Below, piece after piece: positions 6,786-15,760 of a DNA stretch of 24,581 nucleotides (within the stretch, counting starts at the first letter, position 1; the number at the start of each line of letters is the position of its first letter). A program made the position numbers and the translations under genes. The notes below the pieces were generated by a model that was not told where the DNA came from, did no database searches, and was given only the letters and a program-made list of their open reading frames with translations. Origin of the DNA: an uncultured Alphaproteobacteria bacterium (GTDB lineage Bacteria > Pseudomonadota > Alphaproteobacteria > CAYGJW01); contig CAYGJW010000002.1 in assembly GCA_964350415.1 (NCBI GenBank), positions 1-24,581 of the forward strand, read 5' to 3'.

Positions 6786-7811
6786 ATGATGAATAATAAA
6801 CTTAAACAATTATGGCAAAAAGGCAGTGATTTTCTAGGCACTGAGCACGCAATTTTGTGCGGTGCAATGACCTGGGTTTCTGAGCGTAATTTGGTCGCTT
6901 CGGTTTCCAATGCTGGTGGTTTTGGAATCATTGCTTCAGGGTCGATGAGTCCAGATCTTCTGCATGATGAAATTGCAGCAACGAAAACCCTGACGCATAA
7001 GCCGTTTGGTGTAAATTTAATTGTGATGCATCCCCAGCTGGAAGAGTTGGCGCAGGTCTGTATTGATGCAGATGTCACCCATGTTGTTCTTGCTGGCGGC
7101 ATTCCGCCCAAAGTAATCGTACGCTTATTGAAGGCTGCAGGGGTGAAAGTCATTAGTTTTGCACCTTCCTTAAAAATTGCGCAGATGCTGGTAAAGCAAG
7201 GCATTGATGCGCTGATTATTGAAGGGGCTGAAGCGGGAGGCCATATCGGCCCTGTTTCAACCAGTGTGTTGGCTCAGGAAATTTTGCCACACATCAAAGA
7301 AGTACCTGTATTTGTTGCAGGCGGCATTGGACGGGGTGAGGCGCTTGCGCTTTATCTTCGAATGGGTGCTGCGGGTTGCCAGATGGGAACGCGGTTTGTT
7401 TGCGCGTCCGAATCAATTGCCCATGCGCGTTTCAAAGAAAGCTTTATTCGGGCGTCTGCGCGTAATGCTGTGCCGTCAGTTCAGGTGGACGAGCGTTTCC
7501 CTGTGATTCCTGTGCGGGCCATTGAGAATGCAGCAGCAAAAGAATTTACAGCCTTTCAACGGCAGATGATTGAAGAATATACGCAAGGCCACTGTACGCA
7601 GAAGGAAGCACAGCTTAAAATCGAACATTTTTGGGCTGGGGCTTTACGTCGTGCTGTCATTGATGGGGATATTGAATCGGGATCATTGATGGCAGGGCAA
7701 AGTGTTGGTATGGTAACGAAAATTATACCAACCGCTGAGATTATTGAGGAGATCGTTTCTCAAGCATCCCAGGCACTTGAGGAGACGACCTCTGGAACTA
7801 CGTCAAGCTGA
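6786..7811 (+). CDS. Nitronate monooxygenase / FabK-like flavin oxidoreductase
   Basis: TIM-barrel FMN enzyme motifs GAMTWVS, AGGFG, KPFGVNL, EGAEAGGHIG, VAGGIG, QMGTRF, MAGQSVG. Confidence 0.9.
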   Translation: MMNNKLKQLWQKGSDFLGTEHAILCGAMTWVSERNLVASVSNAGGFGIIASGSMSPDLLHDEIAATKTLTHKPFGVNLIVMHPQLEELAQVCIDADVTHVVLAGGIPPKVIVRLLKAAGVKVISFAPSLKIAQMLVKQGIDALIIEGAEAGGHIGPVSTSVLAQEILPHIKEVPVFVAGGIGRGEALALYLRMGAAGCQMGTRFVCASESIAHARFKESFIRASARNAVPSVQVDERFPVIPVRAIENAAAKEFTAFQRQMIEEYTQGHCTQKEAQLKIEHFWAGALRRAVIDGDIESGSLMAGQSVGMVTKIIPTAEIIEEIVSQASQALEETTSGTTSS

Positions 7812-10077
7812 GGCGCTGCCTCTTGAGTTTTCTGCTAAAGATTTCTACCGTAAGCTTTGTGCGATTATGGCGGAGTCACTGCCTGGGCGCGAACGCCTGC
7901 ACAAAGTTGCTGTTTTTACGGCTGAAAAATTGGATGCAGACCTTTGTACGATTCATCTTAAGCGTGATACCGAAACGCTTGAGATTATAGAATCTGTTAA
8001 TTTAGGTGTGAACTCAGATCATAAAGATCTTTATGAAATGGGGGAAGGGCTTATTGGAAATATTGCCCTTTCAGGCGTCCCTTGTGTGATTTCTGATTGC
8101 CGAAAACATCCACAGTTTATTCTAAAAGATAAGAAAAATATTCTAAAAGCGCTTATGGGTGTCCCCATTTTGCATGACGGAGCTGTGATCGGAGTATTAG
8201 CTGTCCGTAATAAGCTTATGAGAGCGTTTACAGATGATGAGGTCGATGCATTGCAGATGGTTGCAGCCTTTGCTGCAGAAATTGTCTGCGCTTGTCGTAT
8301 GGATAAACGCAGCGGGGTCGGAGAAGAGCGCGCTCATCAAGTCATAACCCCCGTTCATTTTAAAGGCGACGTACACAGCCGGGGGATTGCTTATGGTAAA
8401 GTCTTTATCCATGAAATGCCGGCGCTTGGCTTGCAGTTTGTTGCAAAATCTTCAGCGGATGAGCTGGATAAATTTGAAGAAGCGCTTAGTTTTGTTAAAA
8501 AGAAAGTCGATAGTCTCGTTAAGATGGGTGGGCAGCTTGCAGGGAAAGAGTCTGAGGAGATTTTATCAACATACCGCATGCTGGCAGATGACCCCGGATT
8601 GCTAAAGAAAATAAGAAGTGCAATTGAAGGCGGTTTAACCGCGGATTCCGCCGTACAAAAAGTGCAAGATGATATTCGCTTGCGCATGCTTTCTTTGGAG
8701 GATCAATATATCCGGGAGCGGCTCGTTGACTTTGAGGATTTTACCAATCGTCTGCTTCTAACTTTAAGTGGCTATGACAGGGAGGCGAATGACCGTCTTG
8801 AAGAAGATACGGTTCTTATTGCTAAGCGCTTGGGTCCTGCGGAGCTGCTTGAGTATGACCTTGATAGGATTAAAGCGATTGTTTTAGAGGAAGGGACAGA
8901 AACCTCGCATACGGCAATTCTTGCACGATCGCTCAGTATACCTTTAATTGGCAATGTTAAAGGGATTGTGTCGAATGTTGTTTATCTGGATGATGTCATT
9001 GTTGATGGTGATAACGGCTTGGTTACGGTGCGGCCACCAAAATCACTGAAAGATCGCTTTAATCTATCTATATTGTCGCGTGTAGAAGCCAGCGAAGAAG
9101 AAAAAGTCGATGCTCAAAATTTGCAGACGGTGACAAAAGATGGAACGTCTATAGATGTCTTGATGAATGTTGGTTTCTTAGCTGATTTATGTCATTTAAA
9201 AGACTCCTCGTTTAAAGGTGTCGGGCTTTACCGCACTGAAATTCCGTTTATGGTTCGTTCCGGTTATCCGGACGTTAAAGAGCAAATAGACCTTTATACA
9301 AAAATTTATGCTCAAGCTGAAGATAAGCCTGTCGTTTTTAGAACCTTAGATATTGGCGGTGATAAGCCCTTGTCTTATATGAGCGAGGTCTTTGATGAAA
9401 ATCCTGCAATGGGCTGGCGCGCCATTCGGATTGGTCTTGATCGTCCGGCAATGTTACGGCAACAAATTAGAGCCCTGCTTTATGCCGCATCAGGACGTGA
9501 AGTCCATATCATGTTCCCTATGATTTCTGATATATCTGAATTTGACCGTGCTAAAAGCATTGTTGATATGGAATCAGAAAGACTTATTAAAAAAGGGAAA
9601 ATCACCCCAAAAAAAATAAATGTCGGCGTGATGATCGAGGTGCCGTCACTCTTGTGGCAAATGCATGAACTTGCAAAGCGCGTTGATTTTATTTCGGTGG
9701 GCAGTAACGACTTGTTCCAATTTATTTTTGCCTTAGATAGGGCCAATGCTCGTCTTTCTAGGCGCTATGATGTATTGTCTCCCCCATTCTTATGTGTCCT
9801 GCAGCGTGTGCAGCGCATATGCACAGAGTATAATGTACCCTTAACAATTTGTGGGGACCTGGCCCGGAGACCGTTAGAAGCTATGGCACTCTTAGGGTTA
9901 GGGGTCAGAAGGCTCAGTTTAACACCCTCAAAAGTTGTGCCATTAAAGCGGATGATTTCATCCGTTGAGATAGGCCCACTATCAAGTTATGTGGAAAGCT
10001 TAACCAAAGAGAGCGTCCATTCAGTACGTGAGAAGCTCCGTTTCTTCGCCATGGATCACGGCATCATTATAAAGTAG
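7792..10077 (+). CDS. ptsP: Phosphoenolpyruvate-protein phosphotransferase EI-Ntr (GAF + enzyme I)
   Basis: N-terminal GAF domain (GEGLIG..VPIL..GVLAV), phospho-His TSH, GVGLYRTEI, RTLDIGGDK, NPAMGWRAIR, SVGSNDL, CGD. Start uncertain: TTG 7744, CTG 7792 (GAGGAG 7 nt upstream) or ATG 7867. Confidence 0.93.
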   Translation: MELRQAEALPLEFSAKDFYRKLCAIMAESLPGRERLHKVAVFTAEKLDADLCTIHLKRDTETLEIIESVNLGVNSDHKDLYEMGEGLIGNIALSGVPCVISDCRKHPQFILKDKKNILKALMGVPILHDGAVIGVLAVRNKLMRAFTDDEVDALQMVAAFAAEIVCACRMDKRSGVGEERAHQVITPVHFKGDVHSRGIAYGKVFIHEMPALGLQFVAKSSADELDKFEEALSFVKKKVDSLVKMGGQLAGKESEEILSTYRMLADDPGLLKKIRSAIEGGLTADSAVQKVQDDIRLRMLSLEDQYIRERLVDFEDFTNRLLLTLSGYDREANDRLEEDTVLIAKRLGPAELLEYDLDRIKAIVLEEGTETSHTAILARSLSIPLIGNVKGIVSNVVYLDDVIVDGDNGLVTVRPPKSLKDRFNLSILSRVEASEEEKVDAQNLQTVTKDGTSIDVLMNVGFLADLCHLKDSSFKGVGLYRTEIPFMVRSGYPDVKEQIDLYTKIYAQAEDKPVVFRTLDIGGDKPLSYMSEVFDENPAMGWRAIRIGLDRPAMLRQQIRALLYAASGREVHIMFPMISDISEFDRAKSIVDMESERLIKKGKITPKKINVGVMIEVPSLLWQMHELAKRVDFISVGSNDLFQFIFALDRANARLSRRYDVLSPPFLCVLQRVQRICTEYNVPLTICGDLARRPLEAMALLGLGVRRLSLTPSKVVPLKRMISSVEIGPLSSYVESLTKESVHSVREKLRFFAMDHGIIIK

Positions 10078-10108
10078 TTCCTTTGGCTGATTTGTTGTTA
10101 AGCTTCTC

Positions 10109-10132
10109 AGACGAACAGGTGGTTCGTCTTTT
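10109..10132 (+). terminator. Hairpin after ptsP, possible terminator
   Basis: agacgaac-aggtg-gttcgtct followed by only a short T tract. Confidence 0.4.
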
Positions 10133-10137
10133 CAAAG

Positions 10138-10160
10138 CTTGCCTAGAACTCATTCCAAAA
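10138..10160 (+). repeat. 23-bp dispersed repeat, copy 1
   Basis: cttgcctagaactcattccaaaa is identical to 23838-23860. Confidence 0.9.
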
Positions 10161-10250
10161 GAACTACTTTATCAAGCTGCTGCTTTTGCATAATTATATC
10201 GTTAAGTTGTAGGCTGAATGGGAGGTATAAGCGTTTGATTTTTTCTTTAC

Positions 10251-10279
10251 TTGGAACTTGAGATTGCTTTTGGTATGTT
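10251..10279 (+). promoter_or_regulatory. Sigma70 promoter for rodZ
   Basis: TTGGAA-17 nt-TATGTT with an extended -10 TG at 10271-72; RBS AAGGAGG 7-8 nt before ATG 10312. Confidence 0.5.
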
Positions 10280-10311
10280 CTTGAAAGTAGATTATTAAGG
10301 AGGGTTGCTCA

Positions 10312-11481
10312 ATGAGTACCCATGATACTGAAGACAAAGTACCTCATGTTGAAAAACAGCAGCAGACGGTTGGTGAGAGACTCAAAGAAAAGCGTGAGCA
10401 GCTTTCTTTGAGTCTTGATGATGTTGCAGGAAAATTACGTATACGTAAACACTATCTGCAGGCGATTGAGGAGGGGCATTATAGCGATTTGCCTCCTGGT
10501 ATTTATGCTCAGGGGTTTGTCTCTTTGTATGCTGAAACGCTTGGTTTTGAGAAAGCTGAGATGCTTAAGGATTTTGCAAAAGAGTTTCAAACGAAGCAGC
10601 AGAAAAGTGTGAAACCTACGTTCCAAGTTCCTGCATCTGAAACAGGTATGCCTAAGTTGTCGATTACATTGGCGTCTGTTTTCCTGCTTGCTGTGGTTTA
10701 TGGAGGGTGGTCTTTTTATCAGGGTGAAGGACGCCTGATGACTTTGTTCCATAAAATGACCTCCGATAAAAAGACTTCAGAAGAGACCTATACTGCAGGC
10801 TGGGAAAAAGCCTTTGAGCAGCGGGAAATTGTACATAAAAATGCCATAGCAACACCAATGCTTGCTGAATCTTCGAACGAAGAAACCGATAAGACGAATA
10901 TCCCGGACTTAGTAGAGCATAAAGTTGCAGAAGCTACCGAGGTCTTAGAAGTCTCTGAGGATAAGTCTGATCCTAGCATAGAGATAGGGCTTAAAAAACC
11001 TGAAGATCAGCATGATATCGCAAATTTATCCGAGTCTAAAAAGCAAGAAGTAGATACGCCAGAGTTTAAGCCGCACAAAGCTGTTGAGATTGCAGCTATT
11101 CAAGATAATACAGACGAAGTGACTAAGGTTGCAACTGAGCGGGAAATAGAGCAGGTAGCCGATATTGAGCAAAAGCAACAGATTAATGTTGTGAAAAAAG
11201 AACAAAAAATTGAGAGCACTCTTGTCCTTCTTGCAGATGAAGATAGCTGGGTGTCCATGACGGATAATGATGGTCGCGTTGTGATGGCTAAAACCGTCCG
11301 TAAGGGAACGGAGTGCGCATTGCCTTGTCAGTCTGGGTATCATGTGACCTTAGGAAATTCTGGTGGTGTACGCTTTAAATACCATGATGAAGTCTCTGCC
11401 CCCTTAGGAGAACAGGGTGTTGTTTTACGCAATGTATCCTTGGCGCCGGATGAAATTGCGACACGATTTGCACATTCCTAG
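10312..11481 (+). CDS. rodZ: Cell shape protein RodZ (HTH, TM, DUF4115)
   Basis: VGERLKEKREQLSLSLDDVAGKLRIRKHYLQAIEEG..LP..YAQGF HTH; one TM segment; acidic linker; C-terminal EDSWVSM..LGNSGG. Confidence 0.9.
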   Translation: MSTHDTEDKVPHVEKQQQTVGERLKEKREQLSLSLDDVAGKLRIRKHYLQAIEEGHYSDLPPGIYAQGFVSLYAETLGFEKAEMLKDFAKEFQTKQQKSVKPTFQVPASETGMPKLSITLASVFLLAVVYGGWSFYQGEGRLMTLFHKMTSDKKTSEETYTAGWEKAFEQREIVHKNAIATPMLAESSNEETDKTNIPDLVEHKVAEATEVLEVSEDKSDPSIEIGLKKPEDQHDIANLSESKKQEVDTPEFKPHKAVEIAAIQDNTDEVTKVATEREIEQVADIEQKQQINVVKKEQKIESTLVLLADEDSWVSMTDNDGRVVMAKTVRKGTECALPCQSGYHVTLGNSGGVRFKYHDEVSAPLGEQGVVLRNVSLAPDEIATRFAHS

Positions 11482-11557
11482 TTGAATTATTGGCGCATAG
11501 CTCATAATCTTGGGCGAGATACGTGCAGTCGTTGTGTTGTGCGTATTGGAGGAATGT

Positions 11558-11671
11558 ATGCGGCTGCATATTCCTTGTATAAAAATTAACCTTATTGGCG
11601 ATAAAATCGTTTCCTTTTTTGCTGATGCTAGAAAGGATGATGTTTTGCTCTATGAGAGACCTTACAAATGA
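11558..11671 (+). CDS. 37-aa small ORF translationally coupled to hisS
   Basis: GGAGG (11548-52), 5 nt, ATG; MRLHIPCIKINLIGDKIVSFFADARKDDVLLYERPYK*; its TGA overlaps the hisS ATG (ATGA). Confidence 0.4.
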   Translation: MRLHIPCIKINLIGDKIVSFFADARKDDVLLYERPYK

Positions 11672-12918
11672 AAACGTTACAACCCGTTCGCGGAACACAG
11701 GACTTTTGGTTTGAAAAAAGCCGAGGCTTTGCTGAAATTACCGATGCTGTACGCGCACTTTCAGAGCTTTATGGCTATGAGGAAGTGCATACGCCGATTT
11801 TTGAATTTTCAAATGTGTTCTCTCGCACTTTGGGTGAAACCTCGGATGTTGTTTCCAAAGAAATGTACAGCTTCGAAGATCGTGGTGGGGAGAGCTTGAC
11901 CCTAAGACCAGAAGGAACGGCCCCCGTTATGCGCGCTGTGATTTCTGGGGGTATGACTCAGTCAATGCCGCTGAAATGTTTTTACGCAGGGCCAATGTTC
12001 CGTTACGAGCGACCACAAAAAGGGCGATATCGGCAGTTTCATCAGTTTGGTTTTGAATTTATGGGAATAGCGTCACCGCAAGCGGATGCAGAGGTTATTG
12101 CTTTAAGTCAGGCTTTAATCAAAAAGCTGGGTATTCATGAGGGCATTGAGCTTAAACTAAACACATTAGGTGACCGGGAAAGCCGGGATGCTTATCGGGA
12201 TGTGCTGGTTGAGTATTTTTCTGCCCATAAGGCAACGTTGTCAAAGCATAGTGTTGATCGTTTGGAACGTAATCCAATGCGAATTCTTGATTCAAAGGAA
12301 CCTGAAGATGCGGAGCTGATAAAGAATGCGCCACTTTTTGAGGCTTATTTGTCGCAAGAATCGAAAGATTTTTTCAAGCAGTTAACAGATAGTCTAGACG
12401 CCCTGGACATTGCTTATACACTTGATCCAAAGTTGGTCCGCGGGCTTGATTATTATTGCCATACGGCGTTTGAATTTGTATCAAACACGCTGGGTGCCCA
12501 GGGAACGGTTCTGGCAGGCGGCCGTTATGACGGGTTGTCCGAATTTATGGGTGGGCCAAAGATCCCAGCGATTGGTTGCGCTGGCGGTATCGAACGCTTG
12601 CTGATGATGCGCGACGTGCAAAGTGCAAAGCTGCGCCCAGTGGTTTTCATTCCTCTGGGGGAGGCTGCACAAGCAAAAGCTTTGGTCTTGTGCGAGCAAC
12701 TGCGCCAAGCTGGTATTGCTGCGGAGTTGACTTATTCAGGTAATATGGCTAAGCGTATTAAAAAGGCGGATAAGATGCAGGCGCGATTCACATTAATTCT
12801 TGGTGATGAGGAATTGCAAAAACAGCAGGTGCTTAGAAAAGATATGGACTCCGGCACGCAAGATGAAATTGGATTTGACCAGCTTGTTGAAGCATTTAAT
12901 AGCCAGCAAACGGCATAA
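11668..12918 (+). CDS. hisS: Histidine--tRNA ligase
   Basis: VRGTQD, TPIFE, LTLRPEGTA, FRYERPQKGRYRQF, LVRGLDYY, GGRYDGL, C-terminal anticodon-binding domain. Confidence 0.98.
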   Translation: MKTLQPVRGTQDFWFEKSRGFAEITDAVRALSELYGYEEVHTPIFEFSNVFSRTLGETSDVVSKEMYSFEDRGGESLTLRPEGTAPVMRAVISGGMTQSMPLKCFYAGPMFRYERPQKGRYRQFHQFGFEFMGIASPQADAEVIALSQALIKKLGIHEGIELKLNTLGDRESRDAYRDVLVEYFSAHKATLSKHSVDRLERNPMRILDSKEPEDAELIKNAPLFEAYLSQESKDFFKQLTDSLDALDIAYTLDPKLVRGLDYYCHTAFEFVSNTLGAQGTVLAGGRYDGLSEFMGGPKIPAIGCAGGIERLLMMRDVQSAKLRPVVFIPLGEAAQAKALVLCEQLRQAGIAAELTYSGNMAKRIKKADKMQARFTLILGDEELQKQQVLRKDMDSGTQDEIGFDQLVEAFNSQQTA

Positions 12919-12937
12919 TATATAGATAGGTTTATTT

Positions 12938-14014
12938 GTGAGCTACGAACAAAAATTAAAAGGCATTCAGGAGCATTTTGCAGAGCTGGGGCGCTTATTG
13001 TCTGATCCTGAGACTGTTGCATCCGGTGATTTTGCGAAAGTGTCAAAAGAATATTCAGACCTTGAGCCTTTGGTAGAGCTTATTAACGAATTGTTTGCCG
13101 CTCAAACAGAAGCTTCTGAGCTAGAAACAATGCTGAAAGACCCAGAGTGTGATCCTGAAATGCTGGAACTTGCAGGCGTTGAGTTGGAAGAGCTCAAAAA
13201 GAAAATTCCTGAGCTTGAGCATGCTATTAAAGTAAAGCTGTTGCCCAAAGATGAAGCGGATGAAAAGAACGCAATCTTTGAGGTTCGTGCTGGTACTGGC
13301 GGCGACGAAGCTGCGCTGTTTGCTGGGGAGCTTTTTCGGATGTATCAGCGTTACGCTGATTTACATAACTGGAAATTCGAAGTGCTTTCTGTCTCAGATA
13401 CAGAAATTGGCGGCATGAAAGAAGGGCAAGCGGTCATTAGTGGGTCCTCGGTGTTTGCATTGCTTAAGTTTGAAGCGGGTGTTCATCGGGTGCAGCGTGT
13501 GCCGCAAACGGAAACAGGTGGAAGAATTCATACCTCTGCCGCGACAGTGGCTGTGTTGCCCGAAGCTGAGGAAGTCGATATTCAGATTGAAGACAAAGAC
13601 ATCAGAATAGATGTTTTCCGCGCAAGTGGTCCGGGCGGGCAGTCAGTTAATACGACCGATAGTGCGGTCAGAATCACCCATCTACCGACGGGTATTATTG
13701 TGCAGCAGCAAGATGAAAAGTCGCAGCACCGTAATAAAGCCAAGGCCATGAAGGTTATGCGTTCCCGTTTGTATGAGAGGGAACGTGCAGAACGCGAGGC
13801 CGAGCGCTCAGCGTCCCGTTTAGGGCAGGTAGGGAGCGGGGATCGTTCAGAACGTATTCGTACCTATAATTTCCCACAAGGGCGTGTCACGGATCACCGT
13901 ATCAACCTGACGCTGTATAAGCTGGACAAGGTACTGACCGGTGAGGGCCTGGATGAATTTATTGAAGCACTCATTGCGGATGAGCAAGCGCAATTGCTTT
14001 CTCAATTGGACTAA
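12938..14014 (+). CDS. prfA: Peptide chain release factor 1
   Basis: PxT motif (VPQTE), [29 protein letters not shown]; GTG start. Confidence 0.98.
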   Translation: MSYEQKLKGIQEHFAELGRLLSDPETVASGDFAKVSKEYSDLEPLVELINELFAAQTEASELETMLKDPECDPEMLELAGVELEELKKKIPELEHAIKVKLLPKDEADEKNAIFEVRAGTGGDEAALFAGELFRMYQRYADLHNWKFEVLSVSDTEIGGMKEGQAVISGSSVFALLKFEAGVHRVQRVPQTETGGRIHTSAATVAVLPEAEEVDIQIEDKDIRIDVFRASGPGGQSVNTTDSAVRITHLPTGIIVQQQDEKSQHRNKAKAMKVMRSRLYERERAEREAERSASRLGQVGSGDRSERIRTYNFPQGRVTDHRINLTLYKLDKVLTGEGLDEFIEALIADEQAQLLSQLD

Positions 14015-14020
14015 GGCGTT

Positions 14021-14884
14021 ATGGGAAACACCATAAGGCGGGCATTGCAAGCAGCGATCGCTGATTTTAAAGGTGCCGGGATTACAACTCCCAGCCTTGA
14101 TGCTCGGGTTTTATTGGGGGAAATTTTAGAGGTGCCTGCGAATAACATTGTGCTGCACATGGATGACATGCTGTCAGAGCAACAGTATGAAATGTTTAGA
14201 GGAATGGTCCTGCGCCGCTGTAAGCGTGAGCCTGTGTCTAAAATTCTGGGTGCTCGGGAGTTTTGGGGTTTACCATTTATCGTTACAGAAAACACCCTGG
14301 ACCCCAGGCCTGATTCTGAAGCCTTAATTGAGGCTATTCTTGGATTAGGGATGGATTTAAAGGCACCATTACGCGTGCTGGACCTTGGGACAGGAACGGG
14401 GTGTTTATTACTAACCACCTTGCATCTGTTTAAAAATGCATCAGGGCTTGGTGTTGATCGCAGCCTAGGTGCCCTAGCCATTGCACAGAAAAATGCGAAG
14501 AATTTAGGCTTGGAAGGTCGGGCTTCCTTTAAACAAAGTTGTTGGTTTGACGGGGTTGATGGAAGATTTGACTTGATTATTTCTAATCCACCCTATATTC
14601 CAAAGGGAGACATTGCTGAACTTGCGCCAGAAGTTAAAGATTTTGACCCCATAATTGCATTATCCGGTGGCGCTGATGGGTTAGCATGTTATAATAGTAT
14701 AATCCCTGCAAGCGTTGACTACATGGCAGAGGGTGCCTTTATTGCCTTAGAGCATGGTGAGGGGCAGTCTGCATGTATACAAGAAATGTTAAAATTAGTG
14801 CAGCTACAGGTTATCACCCTAAAACAGGATTTAGCAGGACTAGATCGGTGTGTGATAGCAAGCAAACGATTAAATGCAAAGTAA
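14021..14884 (+). CDS. prmC: Release factor glutamine methyltransferase
   Basis: REFWGL, TLDPRPDSE, LDLGTGTG, ISNPPY; directly follows prfA. Confidence 0.97.
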   Translation: MGNTIRRALQAAIADFKGAGITTPSLDARVLLGEILEVPANNIVLHMDDMLSEQQYEMFRGMVLRRCKREPVSKILGAREFWGLPFIVTENTLDPRPDSEALIEAILGLGMDLKAPLRVLDLGTGTGCLLLTTLHLFKNASGLGVDRSLGALAIAQKNAKNLGLEGRASFKQSCWFDGVDGRFDLIISNPPYIPKGDIAELAPEVKDFDPIIALSGGADGLACYNSIIPASVDYMAEGAFIALEHGEGQSACIQEMLKLVQLQVITLKQDLAGLDRCVIASKRLNAK

Positions 14885-14911
14885 CCCGCCTATAGCGGAC
14901 TGTGAGGACAC

Positions 14912-15637
14912 ATGTGGAAGACTGATAAAAAACCAATGATGACGCGTCAGGGTCAAAACAATAAAAGAATGCGCCCTCGTAATCCAGGCGCTGGTGTACG
15001 TCGGAATTCTGATGCATCGTTGAAAAATAAGGTTTTTGACAGTAACGGACCAGGTGTTCGTGTTAAAGGTACAGTGCACCAGGTGTTTGAAAAATATATT
15101 TCCCATGCCCGTGATGCAAACTCTTCTGGCGATAGAATTGTTGCGGAGAACTTTTACCAACATGCGGAGCACTATGCGAGAATGGCAAATGAAGCTCAAA
15201 GACTTCAAGCGGAAGAAACCGCTGCTGCCGCAGAGCAACCCCAGTCTCAGCAGTCTCACCCGCAGCAGCAACAGAATCAGCCTGCATCGCAGTCATACCA
15301 GGGGCAGCAGCACCCAGATGCTCCTCAAGCTGCGCCACGTCAAGCCGTTCCAGATACGCAGCCTGACGCAGAATCAGAGCCGAAACCTATTAGTGAGCCT
15401 TCAGCACCTGCGAAGAGTCCTCGTTTGTCCTTGGGAAGACGGACGCCTCGTGCAAAGCCAGCTGAAACACAAAGCACTTCTGCTGACGCAGCACCTGTTG
15501 AGACTCCAGCAGTTAAGCCAACACGTAAGGTGCATGCAAAACGGACAATTGTAAAAAGTGAAGATAAGCCTCAGGAATCATCAGAGGAAGCGGTGGATGA
15601 ATCGCCAAAAGCTTCGAAGCGCTTAATCGCTTCTTAA
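14912..15637 (+). CDS. DUF4167 domain protein with Q/P-rich disordered tail
   Basis: FDSNGPGVRVKGTVHQVFEKYISHARDANSSGDRIVAENFYQHAEHY is the typical alphaproteobacterial DUF4167 segment; usual position after prmC; RBS TGAGGA. Confidence 0.9.
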   Translation: MWKTDKKPMMTRQGQNNKRMRPRNPGAGVRRNSDASLKNKVFDSNGPGVRVKGTVHQVFEKYISHARDANSSGDRIVAENFYQHAEHYARMANEAQRLQAEETAAAAEQPQSQQSHPQQQQNQPASQSYQGQQHPDAPQAAPRQAVPDTQPDAESEPKPISEPSAPAKSPRLSLGRRTPRAKPAETQSTSADAAPVETPAVKPTRKVHAKRTIVKSEDKPQESSEEAVDESPKASKRLIAS

Positions 15638-15654
15638 GAAGCTTTTCAGACATT

Positions 15655-15684
15655 AAAAAAAAGCCTCCTTTGGGAGGTTTTTTT
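15655..15684. terminator. Bidirectional intrinsic terminator
   Basis: A8-gcctcc-tttg-ggaggt-T6 between convergent genes. Confidence 0.85.
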
Positions 15685-15704
15685 ATATCCGGTAATAATT
15701 AGAG

Positions 15705-15742
15705 AATACAAAGAAGGCGCCACGTGGCGCCTTCTTTGTATT
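15705..15742. terminator. Perfect 38-bp palindrome, likely rne terminator
   Basis: aatacaaagaaggcgccac|gtggcgccttctttgtatt: 19-bp arms, no spacer, 18 nt past the rne stop. Confidence 0.7.
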
Positions 15743-15760
15743 GTTCTGAACTTGTAAAGA

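Noticed and set aside
10083-10193. 36-codon open frame (MADLLLSFSDEQVVRLFKACLELIPKELLYQAAAFA)
   Set aside because: TTG start with no RBS; spans a hairpin and a dispersed repeat; probably chance.
11482-11589. Frame containing SRCVVRIGG as an ispG N-terminal remnant
   Set aside because: The resemblance to IspG (SRQI.VG.V.VGG) covers only a few residues and needs a gap; not distinguishable from chance without an alignment.
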